A DNA stretch of 64,000 bases from Octopus vulgaris. Taxonomy: Eukaryota. Of this stretch, positions 40,426-54,540 are shown piece after piece. A model generated the notes under the pieces. It did no database searches. It was given only the letters and a program-made list of their open reading frames with translations, and was not told where the DNA came from. A program made the translations under genes and the position numbers. Location: positions 88,288,001 through 88,352,000 of the forward strand of contig OX597818.1 of the NCBI GenBank assembly GCA_951406725.2, given 5' to 3'. How positions within the stretch are numbered: position 1 is the stretch's first letter; each line of letters begins with the position of its first letter.

Positions 40426-41049
40426 TTCTCTTATAAGTATGGAAAGCAAATTTCGACATGTTTTAATTATGTTAGGTTTCCTGAACACAAGATCAGGATC
40501 ACTGTAATCTTGCGAAGTTTTAAAGAGAAAAAAAAATTGCTAAGTAAATACAAAAGTATTGAATAGAATAGTATAGAAAAAAAGAAGAAAAAAGAATTGT
40601 TTTAAAACACTTCTACGCCATCTGCATGCTAAAACCATCGTCAAGTAGATAAAATATTCTGCAAGCATAGAACATAGAAGATTTGAAGTAGAATAATAAA
40701 GTATTACTGAAACGTTATCTAGGTGATGTTAAAAATTTTCGACACCAACAATCGCCATTTTCTTATTTATTTTCCGCAAAATATCAAACAAATGGGCTTG
40801 AATGGAGTTAAGTCTATTTGTCATATGATATATTTATTTTATTGTCATCTAACGATGATGATAGAGTAAATATCAGCAATTCATAGAGCCAACCCATTCC
40901 TCCACTTCACATTAGAACATTCCCTTTAGAGTGTGAAGATATGTTTGGCTTCAGGTGGAAAAATCCACAGGACAAATTCTCCATTACGCTTTATGTTAGT
41001 ATTTCTAACTTGATCATCAATATGGCTTCTACCAGTAGAAAGATCCAGT

Positions 41050-41354
41050 ACCTATCTATCTATCTATCTATCTATCTAACTGTCTGTCTGTCTCTTTGCT
41101 TATTTGCCTGTCTATCTCACTATGTATGCATGTATGTATGTTTGAATGTATGTATGTATGTATGTATGTATGTATGTATGTATGTATGTATGTATGTATG
41201 TATCTATGTATGTATGTATGTATGTATGTATGTATGTATGTATGTATGTATGTATGTATCTATCTATCTAGCTAGCTAGCTAGCTAACTATATAGCTATC
41301 TGTCTCTGTCTGTCTCACTATCTATCTATCAACCTATCTATTTGTCTGTCTCTG

Positions 41355-41418
<64 letters not shown>

Positions 41419-41470
41419 ACTAGCTAGCTAAAAGTCTGTCAATATATTTATCTATTTATCCATCTAACTG
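41050..41470. repeat. (TATC)n/(TATG)n microsatellites
   Basis: Direct reading. Confidence 0.95.
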
Positions 41471-42580
41471 TCTGCTTGCCTGTCTGTCAATTTATCTGCC
41501 TGTCTGTTCCTCATCATTCAATGTGTGTGTCGTGTGTGTGTGTATATGTACATACAACATACATATATATATTTCTATACAAATTTATTTATATGTACGT
41601 ATTATGTGTTTGTGTGTGCGCGTGCATGTGTGGTATGAAATTCAGCAAGCATCGTAGCATTCGATCAGGTAAGAGAGTAAATATATAATTATGAAACATA
41701 CAACGTCCGAGTGAAATTCAACTACCTACGGTTTCCTGGCAGAAATACTTAATTCAATTCGTTTTTTTATCAAGTTGGTAAAATCAAACAGACGGTTTAG
41801 TTACTGCAATTCATGTAATCGGGTTTAAATGAACATGCGTATTTTGAAAAAGACAGAGAGCGACAAACGAGAGATAACTGCACAGCAAATATAGGCAATC
41901 CTTTATCTTTAATTCCCGCTAAGATGTACTGTGTGAAATGAGGACATGATGACAAAATTTCGCTTTTGGTATGTATACAGTCCATGGAGGTTCTTAGGGT
42001 CTTGAAAATACTTAATTTTTCAAGCGAGTATACGGAACAATTTTGAATACGTTAATATAAGGTTATGTCTTCGAAAGGATCTTTCATTTAATGTTGTAGT
42101 TAATGTTTATGTCTTTCAGTCCCTAAATTAGTGACAAAAGATTTGTGGTATGTCTCTTTTGAGGGTGCCTAAATGTAGAGAGATGATTGCTGCATCTTGA
42201 TTTAAATTTTGCCTCGACGCACCCTATACGGCGTCTGGTCTCTGTTCGGTCTGTGCCATCGTTGGCTGTTACCTCTGCCTCACAAAGAACGGAGGATATC
42301 TCACATGCATGCCCTAGAGAATATTTAGTTCATTTCTGGACGTGCATCTAGTCCTGGCCAGGGATGACTGAGGGGTTGCGAAGATCTCTTCTCAACATTG
42401 AGGCTCCAGGTTCCATTCCACAGCCAGGAATTTTGGACAACTGTCTTTCACATTGCATGAATTGACCCATATAGGGTAGACGGAAACTGTGCAGAAGCCG
42501 TACGATGGATTCCACTTTAAATCTAGCTATTTCTGTCTCTCTCTCTCTTTCTCTGTCTCTGTCTCTTTCTCTCTCCCTCC

Positions 42581-42644
<64 letters not shown>

Positions 42645-42960
42645 GTGTAAATGTATACCTAAGCATACATGAACAAATATATAATATAATGTACGTATAT
42701 ATATTTCTCTCTCTCCCTATATATATATATGCGTGTGTGTGTGTTAATTTATACATATACATACATGAACATGTATATGATATAGTAAATGTATATATAT
42801 GTATAGAGATAAAACTTACTTGGAAAAGGATGCGTGATGTTCGATCATGATATAATATAAATAATATATAATATATATATATATATATGTATATATATAT
42901 TATTTTTTAAAATCATTTTATCTAGTTTCAGCTCACGAGCTGTGGCCATGCTGGGGCACC

Positions 42961-42999
<39 letters not shown>

Positions 43000-43574
43000 G
43001 TGTATGTGTGTGTTTATATATATGTATGTATATACACACAAATACACACACACACACAAACACACGCACACACACAAACAAATACGCAAATATATACATA
43101 CACACAGACCTTAAGTTTTTCTTCAGCTGCCTTATTTCATATGGACAAAGAGTATGCGATACACACACCTGTATATAATGAAATACACGCACGCCCGCAC
43201 GCACGCGCGCACACACACACACATACACACACATACACACACACTCACACACACACACGAAGAACATTCACATACTTAAATAGGGGACGAAATAAGAGCG
43301 AGTGACTTATAGAAACACGAGCAATCACATTAATCAGGAGACACCTCTACACAACACAAATTATCCGTCATGCACCGCGACGACTCAGTCTATAATTTTC
43401 TCATTAGGTTCTTACCTCTCGTCATTAGAAACTCCATCCATCTTAACACTTATCTCCCCATTCACAACATTCACTTAACTAAACACTGCTGTTGATAAGT
43501 ACCTTTATTCAGCTCCTCCTTTTTTTGCATATACACGTGAGGGAGAGTGTAAGTGAATGTGAGTGTTTGTATGT

Positions 43575-43609
<35 letters not shown>

Positions 43610-44049
43610 AGAGAGAGAGGGAGAGTGAAAATAGGTGTGTGTATATATATCTACGTATGCATAGATGCATTATATACAAATATACATAGTCAGACATATG
43701 TATATATGACTGCATGTACATATGTGTGTGTATACATATGTAAGTGAGTGTGTGTGTGTGTGTGTGTGTGTGTACACCTATGTATATATCTACGTACATG
43801 CAGATACTGGTACGTAGATAGATGAATGTACGTCAGTATGTATGTATATATACATATAATTATGGGTGGGTGTACAAGCATATATATATATATATAATTT
43901 CAGCAAAACAATTAAGATTCAAATGAATTCAAATGAATTCAAATGAATATGGTACTTAACTTAGATGCACCAGAATTCTTTATGGTATTAACCATAAAAA
44001 TATATGGGGTGATTATAGCCAATATGTATATATGTGTATGTGTGTGTGA

Positions 44050-44115
<66 letters not shown>

Positions 44116-44297
44116 ATGTATGTATGTATGTATGTATGTATGTATGTATGTATGTATGTATGTATGTATGTACATATATACACGCATACACCCCCCCCCC
44201 CCACACGCACACGTATGTGTATTTGCACATGCTGTAGAAAACTTTTTATTAAAAAGTCTTAGATGTGAATAAATGTCCACTCATCTCTTATTTGAAT

Positions 44298-44364
<67 letters not shown>

Positions 44365-44457
44365 TATATATATATGTATATGTATGTATGTATGTATGTA
44401 TATATATTTATTTATATATATGCCTATGTATGTATATATATATAAATATATATATAT

Positions 44458-44517
<60 letters not shown>

Positions 44518-44543
44518 AAATATATACATATACATACATATAC

Positions 44544-44598
<55 letters not shown>

Positions 44599-44674
44599 TA
44601 TAACGAGGTATAATTATAAACAGGGTAAATTTTAGCCATTTTTCCTTATTACGTTCTCACATATACATATAAAT

Positions 44675-44734
<60 letters not shown>

Positions 44735-45090
44735 GGGGTGTATAAAAGAATACAAAAAAAGGGACAAGAACCCAAGAGGTGACAACAAAACATCCAGACA
44801 GCTGATACATAAAGGGGACAAGAATAAACAAGGACAGGTCATTCGGAGTTGTCTTTCCTCAGTCGAGTTCAAGATCATCTTTGCAATATCAGCTGGTTAT
44901 ACTCGAGATTGCTCCAATCTGGCAGCCACAAGAAAAAAACTAAGCTAAGAACACTACATTCCTTGGAAGAAAGCAGCAAATGTATACGAAAACAAGGACG
45001 GAAAGAAACGGATAAATGGTACACAAATACAAATGAAAACAATAGGACGTTAACAACAGGTGTATTTCGACTATGGACGAATTAAATTCA
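44735..45090 (-). mobile_element. Penelope-like pLTR fragment (tentative)
   Basis: Abuts (TA)n; shared with 35310-35395; hammerhead-like pieces at 44855-44920. Confidence 0.45.
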
Positions 45091-45094
45091 GCTG

Positions 45095-45251
45095 GCGTGT
45101 ATGGAAGTGAAGCTTGCTTCCCAACCACATGGTTCCAAGAACAGCCCTACTGCGTGGCACCTTGGGCAAGTGTCTTCTACTAGAGCCACGGGACTACCAA
45201 AGCCTCGTGAGTGGATTTGGTAGCGGAAATTGAAAGAAGCCCGCCCTATAT

Positions 45252-45332
<81 letters not shown>

Positions 45333-45540
45333 TATTCTTTTTTCTTCTTTTACTGGTTTCAGTTATTTGACTGCGGCTAAGCTGGAGCACCGCATTTCGT
45401 CGAATAAATCGACCCCAGGACTTATTCTTTGGAAGCCTTATTCTATCCGTCTCTTTTGCCGAACCGCTTGGTAACGGGAACGTAAACACACCAGCATCGT
45501 TTGTCAAGCGATTGAGGGAGTGACAAACACAGACACACAC
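45095..45540. mobile_element. SINE family A halves in opposite orientation
   Basis: 5' half on + (45095-45245), 3' half on - (45345-45535). Confidence 0.8.
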
Positions 45541-45630
45541 ACACACACATACATGCATACATGTCTGTCTATATCTGACTAGCTATCTATCTACCAAAAT
45601 ATCACTGTCTCTCGCTTTCTCTAGACATAC

Positions 45631-45692
<62 letters not shown>

Positions 45693-45872
45693 GAAAGAGA
45701 GAGGAAGAGTGAGAGAGAGAGTGAGAGTGAAAGAGTGAGAGTAAAACGTATCTATAAATGTCTATATACATATGTTCGTTTTAACGCGCACACTCACATA
45801 GTGATGGTTTTGACTGTCTTAATAAGTAGTGGTGAAAGAAAAGACAGGTGAAGACGACGATAATGATGGCGC

Positions 45873-45929
<57 letters not shown>

Positions 45930-45962
45930 CGACGATGATGATGATGATGATGATGGTGGTGG

Positions 45963-46012
<50 letters not shown>

Positions 46013-46222
46013 GGGGCAGCGCAGACGAAGCTCATTACTCTAACTAAAACTGCCCTAATGAGTTTAATTAGCTAAATCCTCATTAAATTATTGGTATGTT
46101 GTTATAATTAATTGTAAACGTTTCGCAGTTGTAATCACTGTGTTTGAATGTGTTTGTGTGGAGGATGGGATAATGTTGGGGGGTAAGAGATACTACTGCT
46201 CTTAATTCATGTTGTTTTAAAG

Positions 46223-46224
<2 letters not shown>

Positions 46225-46256
<32 letters not shown>

Positions 46257-46270
46257 GTGTGTGCGCTTGC

Positions 46271-46313
<43 letters not shown>

Positions 46314-46470
46314 CATGTGGATGTGCAAGTGTATGCGCGCATGTGTGTATGTGTTTCTGTATGGGTATGATTTGGATAATAGGTGCTTGTTATTTAGTTA
46401 ACAACCTATCAGCGTACATACGTGTATGCATATATGTATACATATATATATATATATATGTGTGTGTGTG

Positions 46471-46523
<53 letters not shown>

Positions 46524-46849
46524 ATATATATATATATACACACACACACACATATATATATATACATGTAATTATGTATGTATATTTGTATATATACTCG
46601 TACATACATTATATTATACACTTTTATTTATATATACACATACTCATATATTCATGTATCGATACACATACATACTCTATATAAACACTCTGCTTCATTG
46701 AGGGAAGCATACATGACACTCTACATATATATACAATTAAGATATCTAGCTTATTTTGTTTATATACGCATGCATATATTGTATATATGTATATATACAC
46801 ATGCATACATACATATACACATATACATATATATATATAAATATAAAAA

Positions 46850-46915
<66 letters not shown>

Positions 46916-47791
46916 CATATATATATGTACATATGTATACATATATATACATATATATGTACATATATATATATACATATATATATATACACATATATAT
47001 ACATATATATACATATATATGTACATATTTATATTTATGCATATATATATATACACATATATATATATATATGAATGTATATGCTAGTATATATATATGT
47101 GTGTATGCATGTGCATGTGTATATGTGCGTGCATGTGTCTATTTATATGTCTATAAATATGCAATTAATTTTTTTAGAGATAGAAAATTAAATAATTTTG
47201 TCTCGTGATTACGGCTATTGCAAACATTAAGACACGCGCGCCCGCGCACGTACACACACACACGCACATGTACATTAAAACGCACTCGCACGATTACTTT
47301 CATAGGTACACTTACACACGCACCTACATATACACATACACACTCATGCATAAATTGATACACATAGCTTTACACTCTTATTCTTACACTATGATAAACA
47401 CACAGTCACACATACACACACATACACACACACACACACACATTCGCATATCATCCTATTATGACATACATACACACATACACAATAATATATTTGGACA
47501 TATACGTAGACACACACATGAATAGATATGCATACATATTGTTACAAATATTGTTAGCAACAAACACCCAAACACAAATTCACACACGTACACATACACA
47601 CATATTCCTACACACACATATATACAGACACACTCACGCATATATAGGCACACTGCTATATACAGAGACACTCACCCATATATACAGACGCACCCATGCA
47701 AACACATACATATATACACTCTTATATATGTGTGTGTGTGTATATATAAAAGTAAATATCGTCACAAACTCACATTAAGACACATAAGCAT

Positions 47792-47860
<69 letters not shown>
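46225..47860. repeat. (TA)n/(CA)n/(TG)n low-complexity field
   Basis: Direct reading. Confidence 0.9.
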
Positions 47861-47862
<2 letters not shown>

Positions 47863-47944
47863 CATATTATAACATACAAACGAATACGCACCCAAGCACA
47901 CTTATACACGCTAATACATACACTTATACACATTGATATAGATA

Positions 47945-48175
47945 CCTATTTCTTTACTACCCACAAGGGGCTAAACACAGAGAGGACTAAGACAGACAAA
48001 CGGATTAAGTCGATTATATCGACCCCAGTGCGTGACTGGTACTTATTTAATCGACCTCCGAAAGGATGAAAGGCAAAGTCGACCTCGGCGGAATTTGAAC
48101 TCAGAACGTAACGGCAGACGAAATACCGCTAAGCATTTCACCCGGCGTGCTAACGTTTCTGCCAGCTCACCGTCG
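47945..48175 (-). mobile_element. SINE family B
   Basis: Near identical to the 11631 and 61031 copies. Confidence 0.88.
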
Positions 48176-48186
48176 CAAACATACAG

Positions 48187-48342
48187 CAGGTGTGGCTGTG
48201 TGGTAAGAATATTGCTTCCTAACCACATGGTTCCGGGTTCAGTCCCACTGCGTGGCACCTTGAGCAAGTGTCCTCTACTATAATCTCGGGCCGACAAAAG
48301 CCATGTGAGTGGATTTGGTAGGCGGAAACTGATAGAAGCCTG

Positions 48343-48380
<38 letters not shown>

Positions 48381-48596
48381 TAATAAATAAATAAAACATA
48401 TGCATATATACACACATATATGTACGTACCTACCTCTACATGTATATATACATGCATATATGGGTACAGGACACCAAAAAAAAAAAACGTCGAACACAAG
48501 GAGAAACGAAAGCATAAACACAAAACCAAGGAAATGGACATTTTTCTTAAACAACGAAAAAATAGAGTACAGGACATACAAAACAAGGAAAATTCC

Positions 48597-48636
<40 letters not shown>

Positions 48637-48810
48637 TGTGTGTGTGTGTGTTTATGTCACCATAAGTTAGCGGTTCGTCGAAAGAGACGGATGGACTAAG
48701 TACTAGGCTTACAAAAAGTAAATCCTGGGGTTGATTTCTTCGGCTTAAAACCTTTTAAGGTCGTGCAACAGCATGGCCACAGTCAAATGGCTGAAACAAG
48801 TAAAAGAAAT
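48187..48810 (+). mobile_element. SINE family A with a pLTR-like fragment (48385-48600) in its internal (TA)n
   Basis: Head 48187-48345, 3' half 48660-48810; the insert matches 19508-19715. Confidence 0.82.
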
Positions 48811-48819
48811 ACAAGAATA

Positions 48820-49510
48820 AACATACACATATAAACATTTATGCGCACACACATAAACACATAAACACACGCACACGTACAAACATACACGCACACAAAC
48901 ATTCACACACCCACACACACATACAAATAAATATGCACTCAAACTGACACATATAGAGAAACACACACACACACAATTCTCGTTCACTTTCATTTACATA
49001 CACACATATACACAAAGAAATGCACTCACACTCGCACAGGTATATTTACACACACACACATACACGCATATACATTCATACATACATACACACTTATATT
49101 CGCACTCACAAACACCTGCTCACACACACACGCACAAGCACATACAAACACACTCACACGTACACATACACGCACACAAATATTTATACACACACAAATA
49201 CATGCACACGTACACACACAAACACACACACACACACACACATAGGTACACATTCGAATACCCACTGACACATTGACACACAAATACATCACAAACACAC
49301 GCTAACACACACATACACAGTCATTCATAAAGCATACGCAGCACTCACACACATGCACACATACATACACACAAACCCAAACACACACATATATATGCGC
49401 ATAAGCACACACATACCTAAACACACACACACCCAAACATATATACACCCAAACATACACACACACCAAAACATACACTCACACACCCACACACACACAG
49501 CCACACACAG

Positions 49511-49558
<48 letters not shown>

Positions 49559-49726
49559 CCACGCACACACACAGCCACACACACACTTACAGCCACACAC
49601 ACACACAGCCACACACACACACGCGCACACACACACAGCCACACACACAGCCACACACACACACACACACACACAGCCACACACACTTACAGCCACACAC
49701 ACTTACAGCCACACACACACACACAG

Positions 49727-49812
<86 letters not shown>
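48820..49812. repeat. (CA)n-rich tract including (cagccacaca...) variants
   Basis: Direct reading. Confidence 0.92.
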
Positions 49813-49814
<2 letters not shown>

Positions 49815-50306
49815 GTAGAAAGCTATCTGCCTGCAGGGGACACACAACTGTTTACCATGGAATTGTTGTTGATGGTGATACGGAAGACACAATTCTTACT
49901 TCGTTGCTTCTCTTTTGTCAAATTCCTTCAGGCTGCTAACTTCCTCGAAACGTCTTTACCAAAAATTTCTAGTTTTGCGTCTCATCGATAAATTCTTTGG
50001 TCAATATTCCAACATGGTCGTCACTCATTCAGCCGCTAGGAGGCAGCAGAATATCTCGCGGTATTTAGCCTGTGTCTATACATTCCGAGTTCGATTACCG
50101 CCGAAGTTAGCTTTGTTTTTCTTTCCTTTTTTCCTTCCTCTTTTCTGTCTTTCCTTCCTTCCTACTTTCTTTCCTTCCTTCTTTCTTTCTTTCTTTCTTT
50201 CTTTCTTTATTTCTTTCTTTCCTTCTTTCCTTCTTTTCTTCCTTCCTTCCTTCCTTCCTTCTTTCTTCCTTTCTTCCTTCCTTCCTTCTTTCTTTCTGTC
50301 TTTCTT

Positions 50307-50344
<38 letters not shown>

Positions 50345-50351
50345 TCTCTCT

Positions 50352-50402
<51 letters not shown>

Positions 50403-50695
50403 GCGGTGCCCCAGCATGGCCACAGCTCATTAGCTGAAACTGGAAAAATCAAAATCAAAAATCAAAAATCGTATATATATATATAATCTTTTTCTTTTAT
50501 TCTTTAACTGGCTTCAGTCATTTGACTGTGGCCATGCTGGAGCATCACCTTTGGTCGAACGAATCAATCCCAGGACTTATTCTTTGTAAGTTTAGTACTT
50601 ATTTATCAGTCTCTTTTGCTGAACCGCTAATTTACGGGAACGTAAACACACCAGCATCGGTTGCCAAGCGACGTTGGGGGAGCAAACATAGAAAC

Positions 50696-50737
<42 letters not shown>

Positions 50738-50739
<2 letters not shown>

Positions 50740-50978
50740 AGATGTACTTGCATAGCAAGCGACCTGATCTGAGATCGTGTGCTGAAACGAAAACAATTGC
50801 AGCGTGGAAGGTGTTTATAAGCCATTTAAGAATGCAGCACGGAATTTTGTCAGTGAACAGGTCGCGGTCTCAAAGCGACGAAAATATTTTGACAAGTTAA
50901 ATTTAAATGTTGAAGTGAATCTAACGGTTTTTGTGTGTTTCTTAAATGGCTTATAAACACCTTCCGCTCTGCAACTGT
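50738..50978. mobile_element. Fold-back hammerhead element, family H1, second copy
   Basis: Same sequence as 26251-26583 with a shorter left arm. Confidence 0.85.
50847..50895 (+). ncRNA. Minimal type-I hammerhead motif with G3:C8 core
   Basis: ttgtca-GTGAACA-g-gtcgc(ggtctcaaa)gcgac-GAAA-atat-TT-tgacaa. Confidence 0.72.
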
Positions 50979-51229
50979 TTATATTTATATGCATATATAT
51001 ATATATATATATATATATACGACGGGTTTCTTTCAGTTTCCGTTTACCAAATCCACACACAAGGGTTTCTTTCAGTTTCCGTTTACCAAATCCACACACA
51101 AGGCTTAGATCAACCCGAGGCTTCAGCAGAAGACACTTGCCCAAGGAGCCAAGGTGCCACGCAGTGGGACTGAAACTGGAACCATGTGGTTGAGAAGCAA
51201 GCTGCTTACCACGCAGCCACGCATGCGCA

Positions 51230-51540
51230 TATTAATAATGACTGGGAGAGCAGAAATTTTTCACATCCATATTTTTATTTAACAATTATTTATAGCATAT
51301 TTTCGAGACCTACACGTGTTTCGAGTGCAGCGACTGCCACTGTTGTATATGCAAACTAGCCTCATGACCAGTGCAGTTTCATCAGGGTCCTCATTCTCTG
51401 ACGTTTCGAAAGTTGCATATCCAACAGTGAGCCGTTGTAGCAGTCGAAACACGTGTAGGCCCCGAAAGGATGCTGTAAATAATTGTTAACTAAAATTATG
51501 GATACGAATAATCTCCGTCCTCCCTATTGTTATTAATATT
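51230..51540. mobile_element. Fold-back hammerhead element, family H2 (diverged arms)
   Basis: 51230-51355 is inverted to 51413-51538; both arms carry GAAACACGTGTAGG. Confidence 0.78.
51306..51390 (-). ncRNA. Type-I hammerhead motif with long stem II
   Basis: Reverse complement ggacc-CTGATGA-aactgca...tgcactc-GAAA-cacgtg-TA-ggtct; base of stem II imperfect. Confidence 0.65.
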
Positions 51541-51554
51541 ATTACTTATTTTTT

Positions 51555-51770
51555 AGTCGGCAGGGTAGCAGAATCGTTAGCACGCCAGTCGGGATGCTTA
51601 CCGGCATTTCGTCTGCCTTCAAGTTCTAAGTTCAAATTCCGCCGGGGTTGACTTTGCTTGTCATCCTTTCGGAGTCGATAAATTGAGTACCAGTGAAAAA
51701 CTGGGGGCGATGTAATCGACTTAATACCCTTCCCCCAAAATATCAAGGCCTTGTGCTCTCAGTAGAAAAT
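51555..51770 (+). mobile_element. SINE family B, diverged
   Basis: gcagaatcgttagcacgcc...gttcaaattccgccggggttgactttgc. Confidence 0.8.
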
Positions 51771-51983
51771 AATATTATCACTTACTCTACGGAACATATA
51801 CAGTTACGAACAGGAAAGTCGGATTTTCTCAGCGAGAAAATTACCAGAGCCTAACAACTTATTGTTAGCTTGGGTACCATATAAGGACAGTTGTGGTTAG
51901 CCGGCATCTGAAACCGACTTGAGTGGAAACACAATTACTACCAGGGTAATATATCCTTTTAAACTCAGGAGTATCAGTGCGAT

Positions 51984-52143
51984 AAGTAGCTTGCTTACCA
52001 ACCACATGGTTCCGAGTTCAGTCCCACTGCACCACACCATGTCAATAGTAGAAGACACTTGCACAAGGTACCATGCAATGGGACTGAACCCGGAACCATG
52101 AAGTTGGTAAGCAAGCTACTTACCACACAGCCACTCGTGCGCC
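51984..52143. mobile_element. Two inverted SINE family A heads
   Basis: 51984-52030 is inverted to 52075-52121. Confidence 0.75.
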
Positions 52144-52158
52144 TTCATATATAAATAT

Positions 52159-52235
<77 letters not shown>

Positions 52236-52238
<3 letters not shown>

Positions 52239-52414
52239 GGTATCCCGGCGTTGCTCGGTTGTAGGAAATAACTATAAAGCATTTTAGAGAGTTATAACCA
52301 AAATACAAAAAATGGAAAATAATTATGGTAATGAGAGTTAAGGATGGAGTTGCGTCCTAGCAGTTTGTTCTGTTTCTGATTCTGACCCATGTCAATATCG
52401 ATTTTTCAGAACTG

Positions 52415-52415
<1 letters not shown>
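52236..52415 (-). mobile_element. Possible Helitron 3' end remnant
   Basis: GC hairpin cccggcgttgctcgg next to (TA)n; terminal CTAG not preserved. Confidence 0.45.
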
Positions 52416-52472
<57 letters not shown>

Positions 52473-52477
<5 letters not shown>

Positions 52478-52551
52478 CCACACTGCAATTGTTTTCGTTC
52501 CAGCACACGATCTCAGATCAAGTCACTCGCTATGCGAGTACATCTCCGTAA
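52473..52551 (+). mobile_element. Family H1 3'-terminal fragment
   Basis: Reverse complement of 26251-26328; lies between (TA)n tracts. Confidence 0.8.
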
Positions 52552-52584
52552 TATATATATATATATAGCGTGACAAAACAAGAC

Positions 52585-52623
52585 CGGTAGTCGTTTCTGG
52601 GTCCTTACCCGTCCTCAGTACCG
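52585..52623 (-). ncRNA. Degenerate minimal hammerhead motif
   Basis: Reverse complement cggta-CTGAGGA-c-gggt(aagg)accc-a-GAAA-cg-AC-taccg; U16.1 mutated. Confidence 0.6.
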
Positions 52624-53009
52624 AAACCGTGCCTGCTAGGGATGTATATACATACTCGATTGACATGCATTATGTTGGAGTCTGTTAACGGTTACATGTT
52701 GCAGTGGTGCATTTGTTTGCAGTGATGTTGGTGTTGTAGTGTGCTGTATACGTGTGTGCATGTCGTCCTCGACAGCTTGCGGTGATGCAATAGGTGCGGT
52801 GTGATGCGGAGGCTTTCATTCAGACCACAATTAATCCCTCTATTCTGTTTCAAAAACTGAATACACTGGACAAACATAGTGTCATATATATTCTTTAGAG
52901 GTGTGATTGTAGGGAGATTTGGTTGTTATATCCAGCAGGCCGAATGGCTACTTACAGGCTCTCTCTCTCTCTCTCTCTCGTTGAATCAGGTTTGGTGTGT
53001 GTCCTATGT

Positions 53010-53512
53010 AATCATTGTAGTGGTAGTCGTCGTGATGGTGGTGGTGGTGGTATTGGTAATGTGTTATTTTGGTAGTAGATTGCTCTAGGTAGTAGTTGTA
53101 GTGGTGGTGATAGTGGTAGTAGTTGTAGTGTGGATAGTAGTCTTATTGTCCGTGATGGTGGCGGTGGTGCTAATAATGGTGTTGGTAGTGATGGTCTTGA
53201 TGGTAACGGTTACGATGCTGGTGGTGTAGGTGGTGTTGATATTTATGAATATGTTGGTAATGGTGGTGGTGAAGTGGTGGCGGTGACTGTGGTGATGGTC
53301 ATGGTGGTTATTGCTGGTAGTGGTGATCGTGGTAATGGCGGTGATGGTAGTAATGATGGTATGACAGTGGTGGAGTTTGTGGCGACGCTGTTGGTGTTGT
53401 TGTTGGTGGTGTTGGTGTTGTCGTTGCTGGTGGTAGTAGTAGTGGTGGTGGTGGTGGTGGTAGTACTAGTGCCACTGGCGGTGGTACTGATAGTCGTGGT
53501 GTTTGTGTTGTC
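53010..53512. repeat. Degenerate (GGT)n low-complexity tract
   Basis: Direct reading. Confidence 0.85.
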
Positions 53513-53856
53513 GAAAGACTTTCCAGTGGTAAGTATTTTCTGTACAATGAAGGGCCTTGCCCTTAAAAGCCAGATGTCCCCTTTTCCCCCTTCTCAATCA
53601 AATATTATTGTAGCAAACCATTTAATCCCTACACTTTATATAATATACATCAATTCTGAAGTGTTTATGGTACCCGGTTATAAAACGTAAGTGATTTATA
53701 GCCCCCTTAATGCTCCACCTGAAGAGATGTGTTCACTTCGTATGAAATTTATGCACTCAGCACGCATTCCTATAAAATACACACACATACACACACACAC
53801 AATATATCTATACGAATACAAACGTACATATATACCCCGCTGCGTGAATATGTGTG

Positions 53857-53903
<47 letters not shown>

Positions 53904-54000
53904 CATATATATGTATATATAAATATATGGTATATATATATATAAATATATATATATATACATATGCACACACATTATATATATATATATATATATATAT

Positions 54001-54035
<35 letters not shown>

Positions 54036-54203
54036 GTGTGTATGTGTATGTGTGTGTATGCATGTATAGAGGTAGATATATTTGAATACATACATATAAA
54101 CGTACAAAATATATATGTACATGCATATATAAAAACATATATACACATATACAAATACACACACACACACAGATATATGTAAATATATATAAACACACAC
54201 ACA

Positions 54204-54273
<70 letters not shown>

Positions 54274-54540
54274 TATACATACATACATTCATATATACAA
54301 ACACAAATATATGTATACAATATGTTGAATTTTATCGCACTTCAAGTTTATAGGGTTTCTAAACCTGATCTTCGATGAAAACTAATGGGTTATCGCTTCT
54401 CTTGTCATAAAACGAAAGTGGACACTAGAAATTTCATATGGGTGCTGGCGACAAATGGGATTGAAGGGGCAATAGGGGCAATAGATGCGTCAGTAGCTCT
54501 CTTAATTTTTAAAAAAATATTTTCAATTTTCATTCTATAA

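Larger units (their letters stand above)
50490..51225 (-). mobile_element. SINE family A interrupted by an H1 element; ~40-bp internal tandem duplication at 51023-51102
   Basis: 3' half 50495-50700, 5' half 51017-51225. Confidence 0.85.

Noticed and set aside
49815-50060. Possible host exon in a unique stretch
   Set aside because: Only short frames and no recognisable protein; adjoins a SINE B remnant
53130-53690. Gly/Val-rich 186-aa ORF resembling a membrane or structural protein
   Set aside because: Degenerate (GGT)n tract, non-ATG start, no splice or domain support
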